Shown one piece after another: positions 50,645 through 60,592 of a DNA stretch of 64,000 nt. The position numbers were made by a program, and so were the translations under genes. The stretch comes from Chitinophagales bacterium (GTDB lineage Bacteria > Bacteroidota > Bacteroidia > Chitinophagales > JADIYW01). Below the pieces are notes generated by a model. The model saw nothing but the letters and a program-made list of their open reading frames with translations. It had not been told where the DNA came from and ran no database searches. Each line of letters starts with the position of its first letter. The first letter of the stretch is position 1. The stretch lies in NCBI GenBank assembly GCA_965216955.1, contig CBDCGV010000016.1:13592-77591 (forward strand). The letters run 5' to 3'.

Positions 50645-52819
50645 TTAGTCCACAATTATTATTTCTTGAAAAAGCCCATTGTCATTTGAAATTTTCAAAA
50701 CATTTATTCCCTGAACAAAGTTTTTAGTAGAAATAGTAAGCAAATTATTGTGGGGTATAGCTAACTGTTTATGATGAACTTTTCCAGCCACATCAATTAT
50801 TTCGACTTTATAGTTTTGCGTTCCACCTTCAACTTGAATCGTTAAAAGTTCTCCTTTATTAATAGGGTTAGGATAAATGGTTAGCCGTTTACTCTTTTCA
50901 GGGTAAATTGAAGTTGTAATTCCAAAATGTTCTTTTGCTTTTTCAAATGCTCTATTGCCTATTTTCTCTCCAATCAACCTACCTGGGATATCGTCAACCG
51001 GCGGGTGAATTCCTCCCCAAATTCTTGACAAACTGCATTGATCTGATGCGTCTTTATATGTTGCCCACTGAAGTTTACAATTTATACTAGGCCCTTCTTC
51101 AAATACCAAAAATTCGTTCTTTACAACATCAAACTCTCCGATTCCACCAGGAAAATAAGTATCCCCCGTCAATTTTGACAATACTTCTGCTGCAGCTCTT
51201 GAATAAGTGGAATGGCCTGATACATAACCAGCGAATGGTGGGGTTACAAAAGAAGGCCTTTGATATGGCCACCAATTTTCTGCTAAAATCCATCCAACAC
51301 CAGCTTGATCTGTTTCCGGCTCATCAATATAGTCAGGGCCTCGCCATGAATACACTTTTATTTTGCCTACATTTTCATTTCCTGAACCTGCTAAAGGATC
51401 TCCTTGCATTACAACTTCAATAAAATTGGGCACCAAAGGAATTCCATTTTTATTAAAATTTGATAAAGTAGTATCTGAACACTGTCCTTGACTGGTCATA
51501 TATCTAATAGCAGATACCGGCCTTATATAATCATACCAACCTTTAATACTCCATGCTGCTATCGCACAATCGTGCATAGCGCCACCCAAAATAAAATAGG
51601 ATTTAACATCCCATTCCAAATCATTAAGGACTGCTCCGCTGCCCTCAAATCTTTTCTCCAATAACTGATGATCGTTTACATAGTTAAGTATTGTAAACCA
51701 ATGCCCAGGCGGAGTTTCAGAATCAGGGCCATCTGCCCAGAATTCTGCTAAAATTCTACTATAATCACCTCTTGGTATTATTTGCGTCTCATAAGAATTT
51801 CCTGTTATAGGATTAACGGTATATCCCGTGCCAGGATCTCCTCCCTCAAAGAAGTCGTAAAATTCTTGATACTCTTCAAAAGTATTTGGATACTGTTGAA
51901 TATTCCCAATTGAATTGGGTGATATATCCCATAAAACACCATCGGCCGGATCAAGATGTGATGCCCAAGCAACTACTAAACTAAAATTCCACTTATATTC
52001 TTCCGACAAACTGTCTTCACCAATCAATGGCGGTGTCCCCGGGTCCATATAAACGTTGTAATTATTATTGTCTCTAGACCTAACCGTTACATCACTAACA
52101 CTTAACGAAAATGGAAATACATTTCCCCATTCAGGGCTTAAAAAGTCTGGTGTATCATCATTAGTAACATTACCCGATTGATCAATAAATTGTTCCAAGG
52201 TCAATGGCTGCCAACGGTTAGGGTTTATAATACTGGGGTTCCCTGAACTATCAACAATTAGTGGAGGATTAATTGGACTGTAATATTCGTTCTCATATTC
52301 ATTCGCTTCATTTGCTCCATCTTGATTACCAAAATTAATTATACATTCTGCAATGTAATTTCCTAAGGCAGGCAATGAACCATTTTGATAATCAATACTT
52401 GTTTCCTCTAAACTGTATCCCAGACCTGTCATCAGTGTATCAAATCTCACTTTAGTACTAATAGGATTTGGTGAGTTTACGAAACGATGTCTTAAAAGCC
52501 TATGTGCTGCATAACTCATCACCTCCTCTTGCGCCTTTTGGACATCAGTAGGAGCTTCTATAGGAATATATTCACAAAAGAAATTCCCGATAGTATTACC
52601 TAATAAATAAGGTTGAGTTCCTTCCTCAAATATGGCCCACGAATCGTATAATGCAATTGCCGTATGAAAGAGATTTCGAGCATGAACCGTAGGTCTTGCG
52701 TAATCGTCCCTTATTGCTTCCAACAACACCTCATTCCACTTTCTAGCAACTGAATGTTGAGAAAAGGAGTTAAAAGTCAAAAAAAATAGTATTAAAAAAG
52801 TAAAACTTCTTATTACCAT
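50645..52819 (-). CDS. PAP2-superfamily/vanadium-dependent haloperoxidase-like protein with a T9SS C-terminal sorting domain
   Basis: 724 aa with a signal peptide. PAP2/VHPO-like motifs are YQRP, GYVSGHSTYSRAAAEV and SRIWGGIHPPVDD. The CTD-like end is LTIYPNPINKGELLTIQV...LKISNDNGLFQEIIIVD. Confidence 0.6.
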   Translation of the reverse strand: MVIRSFTFLILFFLTFNSFSQHSVARKWNEVLLEAIRDDYARPTVHARNLFHTAIALYDSWAIFEEGTQPYLLGNTIGNFFCEYIPIEAPTDVQKAQEEVMSYAAHRLLRHRFVNSPNPISTKVRFDTLMTGLGYSLEETSIDYQNGSLPALGNYIAECIINFGNQDGANEANEYENEYYSPINPPLIVDSSGNPSIINPNRWQPLTLEQFIDQSGNVTNDDTPDFLSPEWGNVFPFSLSVSDVTVRSRDNNNYNVYMDPGTPPLIGEDSLSEEYKWNFSLVVAWASHLDPADGVLWDISPNSIGNIQQYPNTFEEYQEFYDFFEGGDPGTGYTVNPITGNSYETQIIPRGDYSRILAEFWADGPDSETPPGHWFTILNYVNDHQLLEKRFEGSGAVLNDLEWDVKSYFILGGAMHDCAIAAWSIKGWYDYIRPVSAIRYMTSQGQCSDTTLSNFNKNGIPLVPNFIEVVMQGDPLAGSGNENVGKIKVYSWRGPDYIDEPETDQAGVGWILAENWWPYQRPSFVTPPFAGYVSGHSTYSRAAAEVLSKLTGDTYFPGGIGEFDVVKNEFLVFEEGPSINCKLQWATYKDASDQCSLSRIWGGIHPPVDDIPGRLIGEKIGNRAFEKAKEHFGITTSIYPEKSKRLTIYPNPINKGELLTIQVEGGTQNYKVEIIDVAGKVHHKQLAIPHNNLLTISTKNFVQGINVLKISNDNGLFQEIIIVD

Positions 52820-52974
52820 AAATAATGTTTAGTATAAATATCTTTTGAAAAGTCTCTGATATAAGTACATTTCCTATTTTACGACTTCAAAGTATATTTT
52901 CAATATAAAAGTAACTAGATATTTGCTCTTTTGCTAAAAACTACATTTAGTAGATAACTATCTCTATTTACCGT

Positions 52975-54066
52975 TCAAAACTTATTGATCATTTCTATTA
53001 CACAATCAACTTCTTCATCTGTCATTTCAGGAAAAAGAGGTAGAGAGACACATTTATTTGCATGATACTCTCCTATCGTAAAATCACCATTTTTATAATT
53101 TAAAAACTGATATGCTCTCTCTAAATGCAAAGGCGTTTTGTAGTGAATCGCATACCCTATTCCATTATCCCTTAAATATTCTATAAATTTCTCTCTTTCT
53201 TTCACATGCACCACGAAAAGATGGTATACAGATTGTGCTCCTTCAATTATCTTTTGAAAGATTATCTTATCATTTTTGATCTGTTCCAAATAAAGTGCAG
53301 CTATTGCTCTTCTTCTTAGATTCCATGCATCTAAGTAGACCAATTTCTTCGACAATATAAATCCCTGAAAACCATGCATTCTATAATTGTATCCTATGGT
53401 AGGAAAAGCATCATTAACTTTCCCACAATTTCTTAAGGATATTAATTGATCAACTAGATCTTTATCATTCAATATTAATGCTCCTCCCTCACCATAAGCT
53501 CCTAAGTTTTTACTTGGATAAAAGCTAAAACATCCAATATCACCAAATGTGCCCACATTTTGGTTTTTAAATATTGCTCCATGCGCCTGTGCTGTATCCT
53601 CTATCACTTTTAATCGATGTTGTTTTGCCAACGATAAAACAGCATCTATATTTGCTGGAGTCCCATATAAATGAACAACCATAATCGCCTTTGTTCTATT
53701 CGTAATCGCGGCCTCAATCTTAGTTATGTCTACATTCCAGGTATGTTCATCTATATCTACAAAGACAGGTTTTGCACCTGTATAAACTATCGCATTAGCG
53801 GAACTAATAAATGTATTTACCGGGACAATTACTTCATCACCTTCTTTAATACCAAGGGTTAAAAGTGCTAGATGTAAAGCCGCTACCCCACTGCTAACAG
53901 CAACCGCATATTTGACATTATTGTATTCGGCAAAATCACGCTCAAATTGTTCAACATATTTCCCTGAAGAATATGCAGTTGACTTAAAGAATTCATCCAA
54001 GTCGCGAAAGATATCGTCTTTTAATTTAGCATACTGTCTGTTAAGATCAAAAAAAGGAATGTTCAT
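52975..54066 (-). CDS. DegT/DnrJ/EryC1/StrS-family PLP-dependent sugar aminotransferase
   Basis: 363 aa. It has SSGKYVEQFERDFAEYNNVKYAVAVSSGVAALHLAL and the FSFYPSKNLGAYGEGGA Lys region. Confidence 0.85.
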   Translation of the reverse strand: MNIPFFDLNRQYAKLKDDIFRDLDEFFKSTAYSSGKYVEQFERDFAEYNNVKYAVAVSSGVAALHLALLTLGIKEGDEVIVPVNTFISSANAIVYTGAKPVFVDIDEHTWNVDITKIEAAITNRTKAIMVVHLYGTPANIDAVLSLAKQHRLKVIEDTAQAHGAIFKNQNVGTFGDIGCFSFYPSKNLGAYGEGGALILNDKDLVDQLISLRNCGKVNDAFPTIGYNYRMHGFQGFILSKKLVYLDAWNLRRRAIAALYLEQIKNDKIIFQKIIEGAQSVYHLFVVHVKEREKFIEYLRDNGIGYAIHYKTPLHLERAYQFLNYKNGDFTIGEYHANKCVSLPLFPEMTDEEVDCVIEMINKF

Positions 54067-54788
54067 TTACTTTTTGTCTTTTTAATCCTAAATTTTATTA
54101 TTTCCCAAACAAGTTTAAACAGCTCAAAAGTAGCTTTACTAACAGTTCTAATCGAACCACCCTTTGAGTTTCCAAAATCTCGGTTTAAGTATTTTGATTC
54201 CACCTCTATAACTTTGAAGCCCAGTAAATTTAATTTCGCGCAAATTTCACTTTCGATTAATGAACTTCTCAGATTCATATTGATTACACTTAGTTGCTTT
54301 ATTTTATAAACCTTAATCCAATTAACATCCAACAAATTTAACCTGAGAAACAATTTGTTAGTTTGCCTATTAAAACTTGACAAAAAATTCCTAAACCATG
54401 TATAGCCTTCCTTTTGAGGTCGATAAAAAGAAATATAGTTTTCTTCTGGAAAATCAAGATAATCACTAAGCTCAAAAATATCAAATTGCCCATCTCCTGG
54501 GATGGCACAAATATTTTCATATTTACATGCACGGTAGCCTTTTAACAGGGCATTTCCTATGCCCATATTAGATTCATTTCTTAAAAGTACAAAATGGGCA
54601 TTTCTTTTAGTAAAATCAAGAATATACTCTTCTGAGCCATCATTACTTCCATCATCTACTACAATAACTTCATATTCTCTATTGTAAAAATGATCTTTAC
54701 AAAGAGATCTGACTGACTGTAACACCTTTTGAATATTTCCAGCTTCATTAAAAGAAAAAATTACTAATGACCAAGATTGCAACATCAA
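54063..54788 (-). CDS. Family 2 glycosyltransferase (DPM1/ArnC/GtrB-like)
   Basis: 241 aa. It has VIFSFNEAGNI and EVIVVDDGSNDGS. Its stop overlaps the downstream gene's start by 4 nt, and its start directly abuts the upstream oxidoreductase's stop. Confidence 0.75.
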   Translation of the reverse strand: MMLQSWSLVIFSFNEAGNIQKVLQSVRSLCKDHFYNREYEVIVVDDGSNDGSEEYILDFTKRNAHFVLLRNESNMGIGNALLKGYRACKYENICAIPGDGQFDIFELSDYLDFPEENYISFYRPQKEGYTWFRNFLSSFNRQTNKLFLRLNLLDVNWIKVYKIKQLSVINMNLRSSLIESEICAKLNLLGFKVIEVESKYLNRDFGNSKGGSIRTVSKATFELFKLVWEIIKFRIKKTKSK

Positions 54789-55796
54789 CTAAATTAATAC
54801 TTCCACACCTCCCTTAATAACTGATTCGTTGGCTTTTTCAATAATAGACACAACACTCAATGCTGATTGCCAATTTGCCATTGGCGTTTTGTTATTAATA
54901 ACAGCATCATAAAAATCCTTTGCCATTAAAGACAATGGCTCCTCCAAATTAAATTTGGGCACTAAGATATCTCCAAGTCTATAATCTACCAATACCTCGT
55001 CTTTTTTATCCTTTGAGATATAAACAAAATTCTTTTCATAAATTTTCAGTTTATCACTTGGCTCAATATCGTCATAAACGATCATTTTATGCTCTCCCCC
55101 AATTAACATCCTCCTTATTTTAACCGGAGACGACCACGAAACATGCATATGCACAATTAAATTACTTTCATAATTTAAAGTTATATATGCTATATTCTCT
55201 ACTTTATTTGGCAAGTGGGAAATAGCGTTTACCTGAACAGAATAAGGGCGTTCATCCAATAGATAATTGATAATTGATATATCGTGGCAAGCTAAATCCC
55301 AGATAACATTCACATCGTTTTGAATGATGCCTAAATTAATACGAACGGCATCAATATTTATAATTTTCCCAAAATCATCAGACTTAGAAATCTCCTTAAT
55401 TTTTCTAACTGCGCCATTATATAAGAAAGTATGATCCACCATTAAAACCTTATTGTTTTTCTGGGCTAAATCTATTAATGTCTTTAACTGAGCAGTTTGT
55501 GTTACAATAGGCTTTTCAATTAAAACGTGCTTTTTATATTGTAAAGAAAGCAAGGCCAATTCGTAATGGTACAAAACAGATGTTGCAATGATAATCGCAT
55601 CACAATTGCCATTAATTATTAAGTCTTTCCCATCATTAAAAACCGTAACCGTAGGATATGACTTACTGATTAATTGCTGCTTTGCAGTGTCTTTTTCTGC
55701 AATGCCCTCAATAGTACACCCTTCGAGATGATAGAAATTTCTTACCAAATTAGGCCCCCAATATCCATATCCAATTATCCCTACCTTTAATCTCAT
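54789..55796 (-). CDS. Gfo/Idh/MocA-family NAD-dependent sugar oxidoreductase (WbpB/GnnA-like)
   Basis: 335 aa with the N-terminal Rossmann motif KVGIIGYGYWGPNLVRNF and the EKP motif VLIEKPI. Confidence 0.8.
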   Translation of the reverse strand: MRLKVGIIGYGYWGPNLVRNFYHLEGCTIEGIAEKDTAKQQLISKSYPTVTVFNDGKDLIINGNCDAIIIATSVLYHYELALLSLQYKKHVLIEKPIVTQTAQLKTLIDLAQKNNKVLMVDHTFLYNGAVRKIKEISKSDDFGKIINIDAVRINLGIIQNDVNVIWDLACHDISIINYLLDERPYSVQVNAISHLPNKVENIAYITLNYESNLIVHMHVSWSSPVKIRRMLIGGEHKMIVYDDIEPSDKLKIYEKNFVYISKDKKDEVLVDYRLGDILVPKFNLEEPLSLMAKDFYDAVINNKTPMANWQSALSVVSIIEKANESVIKGGVEVLI

Positions 55797-55850
55797 GATT
55801 TATTGTCACAAAATAATGGAAAATATATATCTTAACAATTCATTGCTTAC

Positions 55851-56621
55851 ATGAATACTTCAATAAATAATATTGAGCCGCCTTTATTTTTTTTGGATGA
55901 ACAAGATACCTATGCTGGTAACGCGCCATATTTCTACAATAAGGATAAATATGACTGGGTTAACACATTAGAAAAAAATTATCATATTATATTAGAAGAA
56001 TTCAGCCCATATATCAAAGGAGAAAAAGAATTAGAATCTACAAGTATAAACCCGCCTTATTTATCTTCCAAAGATGCCTGGCAAAATGTATATTTTTGGA
56101 ATTTCATGTGGAAAAAACATAAAAACTGTAAGCGGTTTCCCAAAACTTATCAGCTTTTAAAATCAATCCCCAACTTAACTTTTGCTGAGGTCACCGCACT
56201 AAAGCCCAATGCTCGTATTTTACCACATATTGGTGAAACAAATATCACCATCAGAGGACATCTCGGACTAAAAATACCCGGGGCGTTTCCTGATTTAGGC
56301 ATTCAAGTCGGTGATGAAAAAAGAGGATGGGAAGAAGGAAAAGTTGTATTGTTTAGTGATGCACACCGTCACACAGTTTGGAATGATACTGAGGAAAAGC
56401 GATTTGTGTTAGTTTTTGATGTCTTAAAAGATGAATATGCGAAACATAAGTATTGGATGAATGCACAATGCTTGGGTGCATTAACCATTAAGTTTTTTGA
56501 TGAACACATTAACTTGTTCAAGAAACTGCCGAATTTTTTATTGAACTTTTTCCATAAATTTTTCAGTATTCTATGGTATATATATCTTCCTGTGCAAAGG
56601 AATATTTCATTTTTGCCTTAG
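55851..56621 (+). CDS. Aspartyl/asparaginyl beta-hydroxylase (AspH/LpxO/OlsC) family Fe(II)/2OG oxygenase
   Basis: 256 aa. It has ARILPHIGETNITIRGHLGLKIP and WEEGKVVLFSDAHRHTVWN, which match the family's conserved blocks. The C-terminus is hydrophobic. Confidence 0.7.
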   Translation: MNTSINNIEPPLFFLDEQDTYAGNAPYFYNKDKYDWVNTLEKNYHIILEEFSPYIKGEKELESTSINPPYLSSKDAWQNVYFWNFMWKKHKNCKRFPKTYQLLKSIPNLTFAEVTALKPNARILPHIGETNITIRGHLGLKIPGAFPDLGIQVGDEKRGWEEGKVVLFSDAHRHTVWNDTEEKRFVLVFDVLKDEYAKHKYWMNAQCLGALTIKFFDEHINLFKKLPNFLLNFFHKFFSILWYIYLPVQRNISFLP

Positions 56622-56730
56622 CTAGTTAGATGGCCAATTGTAATTTCTTAAGCTTTTTACCCCCTCCTTACTCTGATATTTGTGATAATACATTCAAATT
56701 TCAATCTTTGTATAAAGTAAGCATTTAGCC

Positions 56731-57450
56731 TTGAATACGGTTTTAATTATTGGCGCTTCATCGGGAATAGGAAAAGCATTGGCAATTCATTATGCCAAAG
56801 CCAACAATAAAGTTATAGGAATTGCAAGACGAAATGAGCTACTCAATGAATTAGCAACAATTTTCCCTAATAATTTCATTCCAATTTGTTTAGATATTTC
56901 AAATGTTGGAAAGACTAGAGAAACATTAAAAAATATTGTCGTAGAATACCCAAATCTAGAACTTATTATTCACTGCGCAGCAATCGTTAAAGACAATAAA
57001 AATTTGGATTTTGAAATCGAAAAAGATACTCTTAGCATTAATGTTTGGGGATTTACAAACATTAGCGATTGGGCATATAATCATCTTAAATTAAAAAATA
57101 AGGGACGCTATGCTGTAATCACTTCTGTTTTTGGAAGTAGAGGAAGAAGGTTAGCCCCAGCATACAACGCATCTAAAGCATTTCAAATTAATTATTTAGA
57201 AGGCCTGAAACAAAAGGCTACATTTGAAAAATTAAAAATTAGCATTTTAGATATTAGAGCTGGTTTTGTTGATACCGCAATGGCTCCGGACAAGACAATG
57301 GGTTTACCTATTATAAGTGTAGATAAAGCTGCTTATAAAATTTCAAAGGCTGTATGTTCAAATGCTAGCGTATGTTATATTCCTTATTACTGGTATATCC
57401 TTGACTGGATACTAAAATTAATTCCAAAGAGAATTTTTTATAGGCTTTAA
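56731..57450 (+). CDS. Short-chain dehydrogenase/reductase (SDR)
   Basis: 239 aa with a TTG start. It has the Rossmann motif IIGASSGIGKALA and the catalytic YNASKAF. Confidence 0.8.
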   Translation: MNTVLIIGASSGIGKALAIHYAKANNKVIGIARRNELLNELATIFPNNFIPICLDISNVGKTRETLKNIVVEYPNLELIIHCAAIVKDNKNLDFEIEKDTLSINVWGFTNISDWAYNHLKLKNKGRYAVITSVFGSRGRRLAPAYNASKAFQINYLEGLKQKATFEKLKISILDIRAGFVDTAMAPDKTMGLPIISVDKAAYKISKAVCSNASVCYIPYYWYILDWILKLIPKRIFYRL

Positions 57451-57603
57451 ATTATTCTAAGTAAATATTCAGGCAATAAAGAGAATTGTCAATACTATAC
57501 TTGTCACCTAATTAATTGAACCAATTTCAACTTGATATAGTAGCAACTAGTATGATAATTAAATATATTAACTTCGATTAATAGAATATTACTTATTACT
57601 AAT

Positions 57604-59148
57604 ATGAAAATTTGCCTTATAAATCCACCTGTTTTAGGCGTACTAGAGCCTTGGTATGACCAGCCAGATTTTGGTCGTACTGGATTAGCGTATTTAGCAG
57701 GCTATTTAAGGCAATTTGAGGGATACGAAATTAACATTATTGACGCTAAATTCGAGCGAATTAATTTTCAAGAAGTATTACGAAGAGTGTTAGACTTACA
57801 ACCTGATATTGTCGGTTTAACAGCATTTACTAACGAAATTAAACCAGCTGCATATCAGGCTGCACTAATTAAAGAAAAATGTGCTGATATAGTGACTATT
57901 ATTGGTGGTGTGCATGTAACCGCTTTGCCAATTGAGACACTTAAAGAGTTTTCTTCTTTTGATATTGGAGTTGTTGGAGAAGGGGAAGTAACCTTACATG
58001 AACTTTGTACAGCACTTCAACATAAACAACCATTGGAAGAAATTGAGGGTTTGGTAATTAGACAATCTGGACAAATATTAAAAACGGCTACAAGAAAGAG
58101 AACCATTGACCTTGATACCATGCCACTTCCCGCGTGGGATTTATTGCCAAAAGCCGACACCTATTTTATTCAAACATTAAGAGGTTGTCCTTATGCCTGT
58201 AAATTCTGTATGAATCCTAATGGGCGAGTGGCCAGAAAACGCAGTGTCTCAAATGTCATCGATGAGCTGAATTGGATTATTCAAGATTTTCATCCTAAAC
58301 GGGTTTCTTACGGAGATGAATTGTTCAGCATTGATATTCCACGTACGAAAGCATTACTCATAGAAATGGCCGAAGAAGGTATTGGTGATCATGTAAAATG
58401 GGATGTTCAAACCCATGTTAATTATGTTAATTATGAGCTGTTTCAATTGTTTAAAAAAGCTAAGGTAGATAGAGTTGAATTAGGTATAGAGACAGGCGAT
58501 CTGGACATTATGCGCAAAATGGGTAAAGGCACTAATATAGATATGATTACAAAAGCCTATTCTGATGCCAAAAAAGCTGGAGTAAAAATTGGCACTTTCT
58601 TTATTATTGGGCAACCTAATGAGTCGAAACAAAGTATAAAAAGCACTATAAAACTGGCTCAAAAGATAAACCCCGAATTACCAATGTTTGGTGTAATGAC
58701 GCCCTATCCGGGAACTGCTGTAGCGAAGATGGCCGCTAAAGGAGAAGGGGGTTACAAGCTCTTATCAACTGACTGGGATGAATATAATAAGCAAATTGGA
58801 GGAGCCATGGAGTTTGCTAATTTAACACGTCGCCAAATTGAATGGATACAATTAAAAGCATATGCTAGTGTATTTTTAGGAAATGGTAGAATTTTAGATT
58901 TCTTAAAGCTAGTATGGGAGTACAGAGTCGGTGCCTTTAAATTGCTGAAAAAAATGTTGTTTAACAGAAAATCTTTGCATGCTACAATAATTAAACCCTC
59001 GAATTATGATACATTGCTCTCTTCAGACTTCTCTCCTACCGCAGAAGTTCTTATTGAATCAACTGAAAACTGGAATAAAACACAAAAAACATCATTAAAG
59101 CGGATCAAAGAAAAAATGCCGGAATTAACTAAATTAGAGCAAGCATAA
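57604..59148 (+). CDS. B12-binding-domain radical SAM enzyme
   Basis: 514 aa. The N-terminal cobalamin-binding-like domain runs IVGLTAFT...IIGGVHVTALP. The radical SAM motif CPYACKFC follows. Confidence 0.85.
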   Translation: MKICLINPPVLGVLEPWYDQPDFGRTGLAYLAGYLRQFEGYEINIIDAKFERINFQEVLRRVLDLQPDIVGLTAFTNEIKPAAYQAALIKEKCADIVTIIGGVHVTALPIETLKEFSSFDIGVVGEGEVTLHELCTALQHKQPLEEIEGLVIRQSGQILKTATRKRTIDLDTMPLPAWDLLPKADTYFIQTLRGCPYACKFCMNPNGRVARKRSVSNVIDELNWIIQDFHPKRVSYGDELFSIDIPRTKALLIEMAEEGIGDHVKWDVQTHVNYVNYELFQLFKKAKVDRVELGIETGDLDIMRKMGKGTNIDMITKAYSDAKKAGVKIGTFFIIGQPNESKQSIKSTIKLAQKINPELPMFGVMTPYPGTAVAKMAAKGEGGYKLLSTDWDEYNKQIGGAMEFANLTRRQIEWIQLKAYASVFLGNGRILDFLKLVWEYRVGAFKLLKKMLFNRKSLHATIIKPSNYDTLLSSDFSPTAEVLIESTENWNKTQKTSLKRIKEKMPELTKLEQA

Positions 59149-59164
59149 TTTGATTAATTATTCA

Positions 59165-60592
59165 ATGAAAAAAGTACTTGTACTTAATCTACCTTATCCC
59201 GAGCGGATTACAAGGCGCTATATGTGTTCTTACACGTCTCCAGAGTCGTTGTTTCCTCCACTTGAACTTATCTCTATTGCTGCTATTGGACGAGATTGGA
59301 AAAATGCGGATGTTACTTTGGTTGATGCCATTGCTATGGAATATAGCTTTGATGAAACATTGAGTCAAATTAAGAACTATCAACCTGATATGATTATTAC
59401 CTTAACCGGATTAGATTGTATTGAAGAAGATTGTGCTACTATTAAACGGCTTAAGGCAACAACCAAGAATGCTATTTGGGTAATTTTTGGTCATTATACA
59501 AAAGAATTTCCGAAAGAGGTATTAACAGCTTCAACCGCTGATTATGCTATTTTGGGAGAACCTGAACTTATTTTCTCAGATTTATATGATGCACTCTATA
59601 CGACAAAAAAGGCATTAAATGATGTTAATGGAATTGTGTATTCCTCTAATGGAAAATTGATACAAAACGGCACTGACAATAGGATCCCCGATCCAAATGT
59701 CATTCCTATGCCCGCATACAATTTATTACCCAAGGATAAATATTTTGAGCCTATGTTGAAACGTCCTTTTAGCATGATTCAAACTGCAAGAGGATGTCCA
59801 TACCCCTGTACCTATTGTGTTAAGTCGTATGGATCCAAACTAACTATTTTATCACCAGAAAGAGTGGTTGAAGAGATTATATACTTAAAGCAGCTCCATA
59901 ACATCAAGTCATTGAGATTTATTGATGATACTTTTACAATCAACAAAAAACGTGTCATCGAAATCTGTAAATTATTAGTTGAGAAAGATGTTCAGATTGA
60001 ATGGGCGTGTTTAAGTAGGACAGATAACCTGACCGAAGAGGTTTTGTACTGGATGAAAAAATCTGGTTGTAAAAGAATTTACTTTGGTTTAGAATCTGGA
60101 AGCCAGAGAATTTTAGATTTATACCGCAAAAAGGTAAATGTAAAAGAGGCTAAAGAAAGTTTATTATTAGTTAGAAAACATGGCATAGAAACGTCAGGGT
60201 TTTTCATGTCAGGATATCCACAAGAAACTGAAGAAGATTTTATTCAAACAGTACAGTTTGCCATTGATTCCAAATTAACATTTGCTTCTTTTAATCCCCT
60301 TACTCCTTATCCTGGAACAGCTATTTTTAATGAATTAAAGATGGACTTAAACTTCTCTATTTTACCTTACAAAAATGAATTTATTGATTCTTCTTTAGCA
60401 GAGAATTTTACAAGGCGAAAGAAAATTTTTTACAAGAAATTTTACTTAAGACCAAATTATATACTTATAAATTTTAAAAGCCTTATAATGAATTTTAGAG
60501 AGTTATACAATTATACAAGCAGCATGATCAATTATTTATTCTTTAAAGGGGGATTTGCCATTTCAGGAATCAAGGGTCCAAAGGATAAGTAA
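59165..60592 (+). CDS. B12-binding-domain radical SAM enzyme (paralog of the upstream gene)
   Basis: The ATG at 59165 (MKKVLVLNLPYPE...) is preferred over the track's TTG at 59150. It has the motif CPYPCTYC and the same domain order as the upstream gene. Confidence 0.85.
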   Translation: MKKVLVLNLPYPERITRRYMCSYTSPESLFPPLELISIAAIGRDWKNADVTLVDAIAMEYSFDETLSQIKNYQPDMIITLTGLDCIEEDCATIKRLKATTKNAIWVIFGHYTKEFPKEVLTASTADYAILGEPELIFSDLYDALYTTKKALNDVNGIVYSSNGKLIQNGTDNRIPDPNVIPMPAYNLLPKDKYFEPMLKRPFSMIQTARGCPYPCTYCVKSYGSKLTILSPERVVEEIIYLKQLHNIKSLRFIDDTFTINKKRVIEICKLLVEKDVQIEWACLSRTDNLTEEVLYWMKKSGCKRIYFGLESGSQRILDLYRKKVNVKEAKESLLLVRKHGIETSGFFMSGYPQETEEDFIQTVQFAIDSKLTFASFNPLTPYPGTAIFNELKMDLNFSILPYKNEFIDSSLAENFTRRKKIFYKKFYLRPNYILINFKSLIMNFRELYNYTSSMINYLFFKGGFAISGIKGPKDK

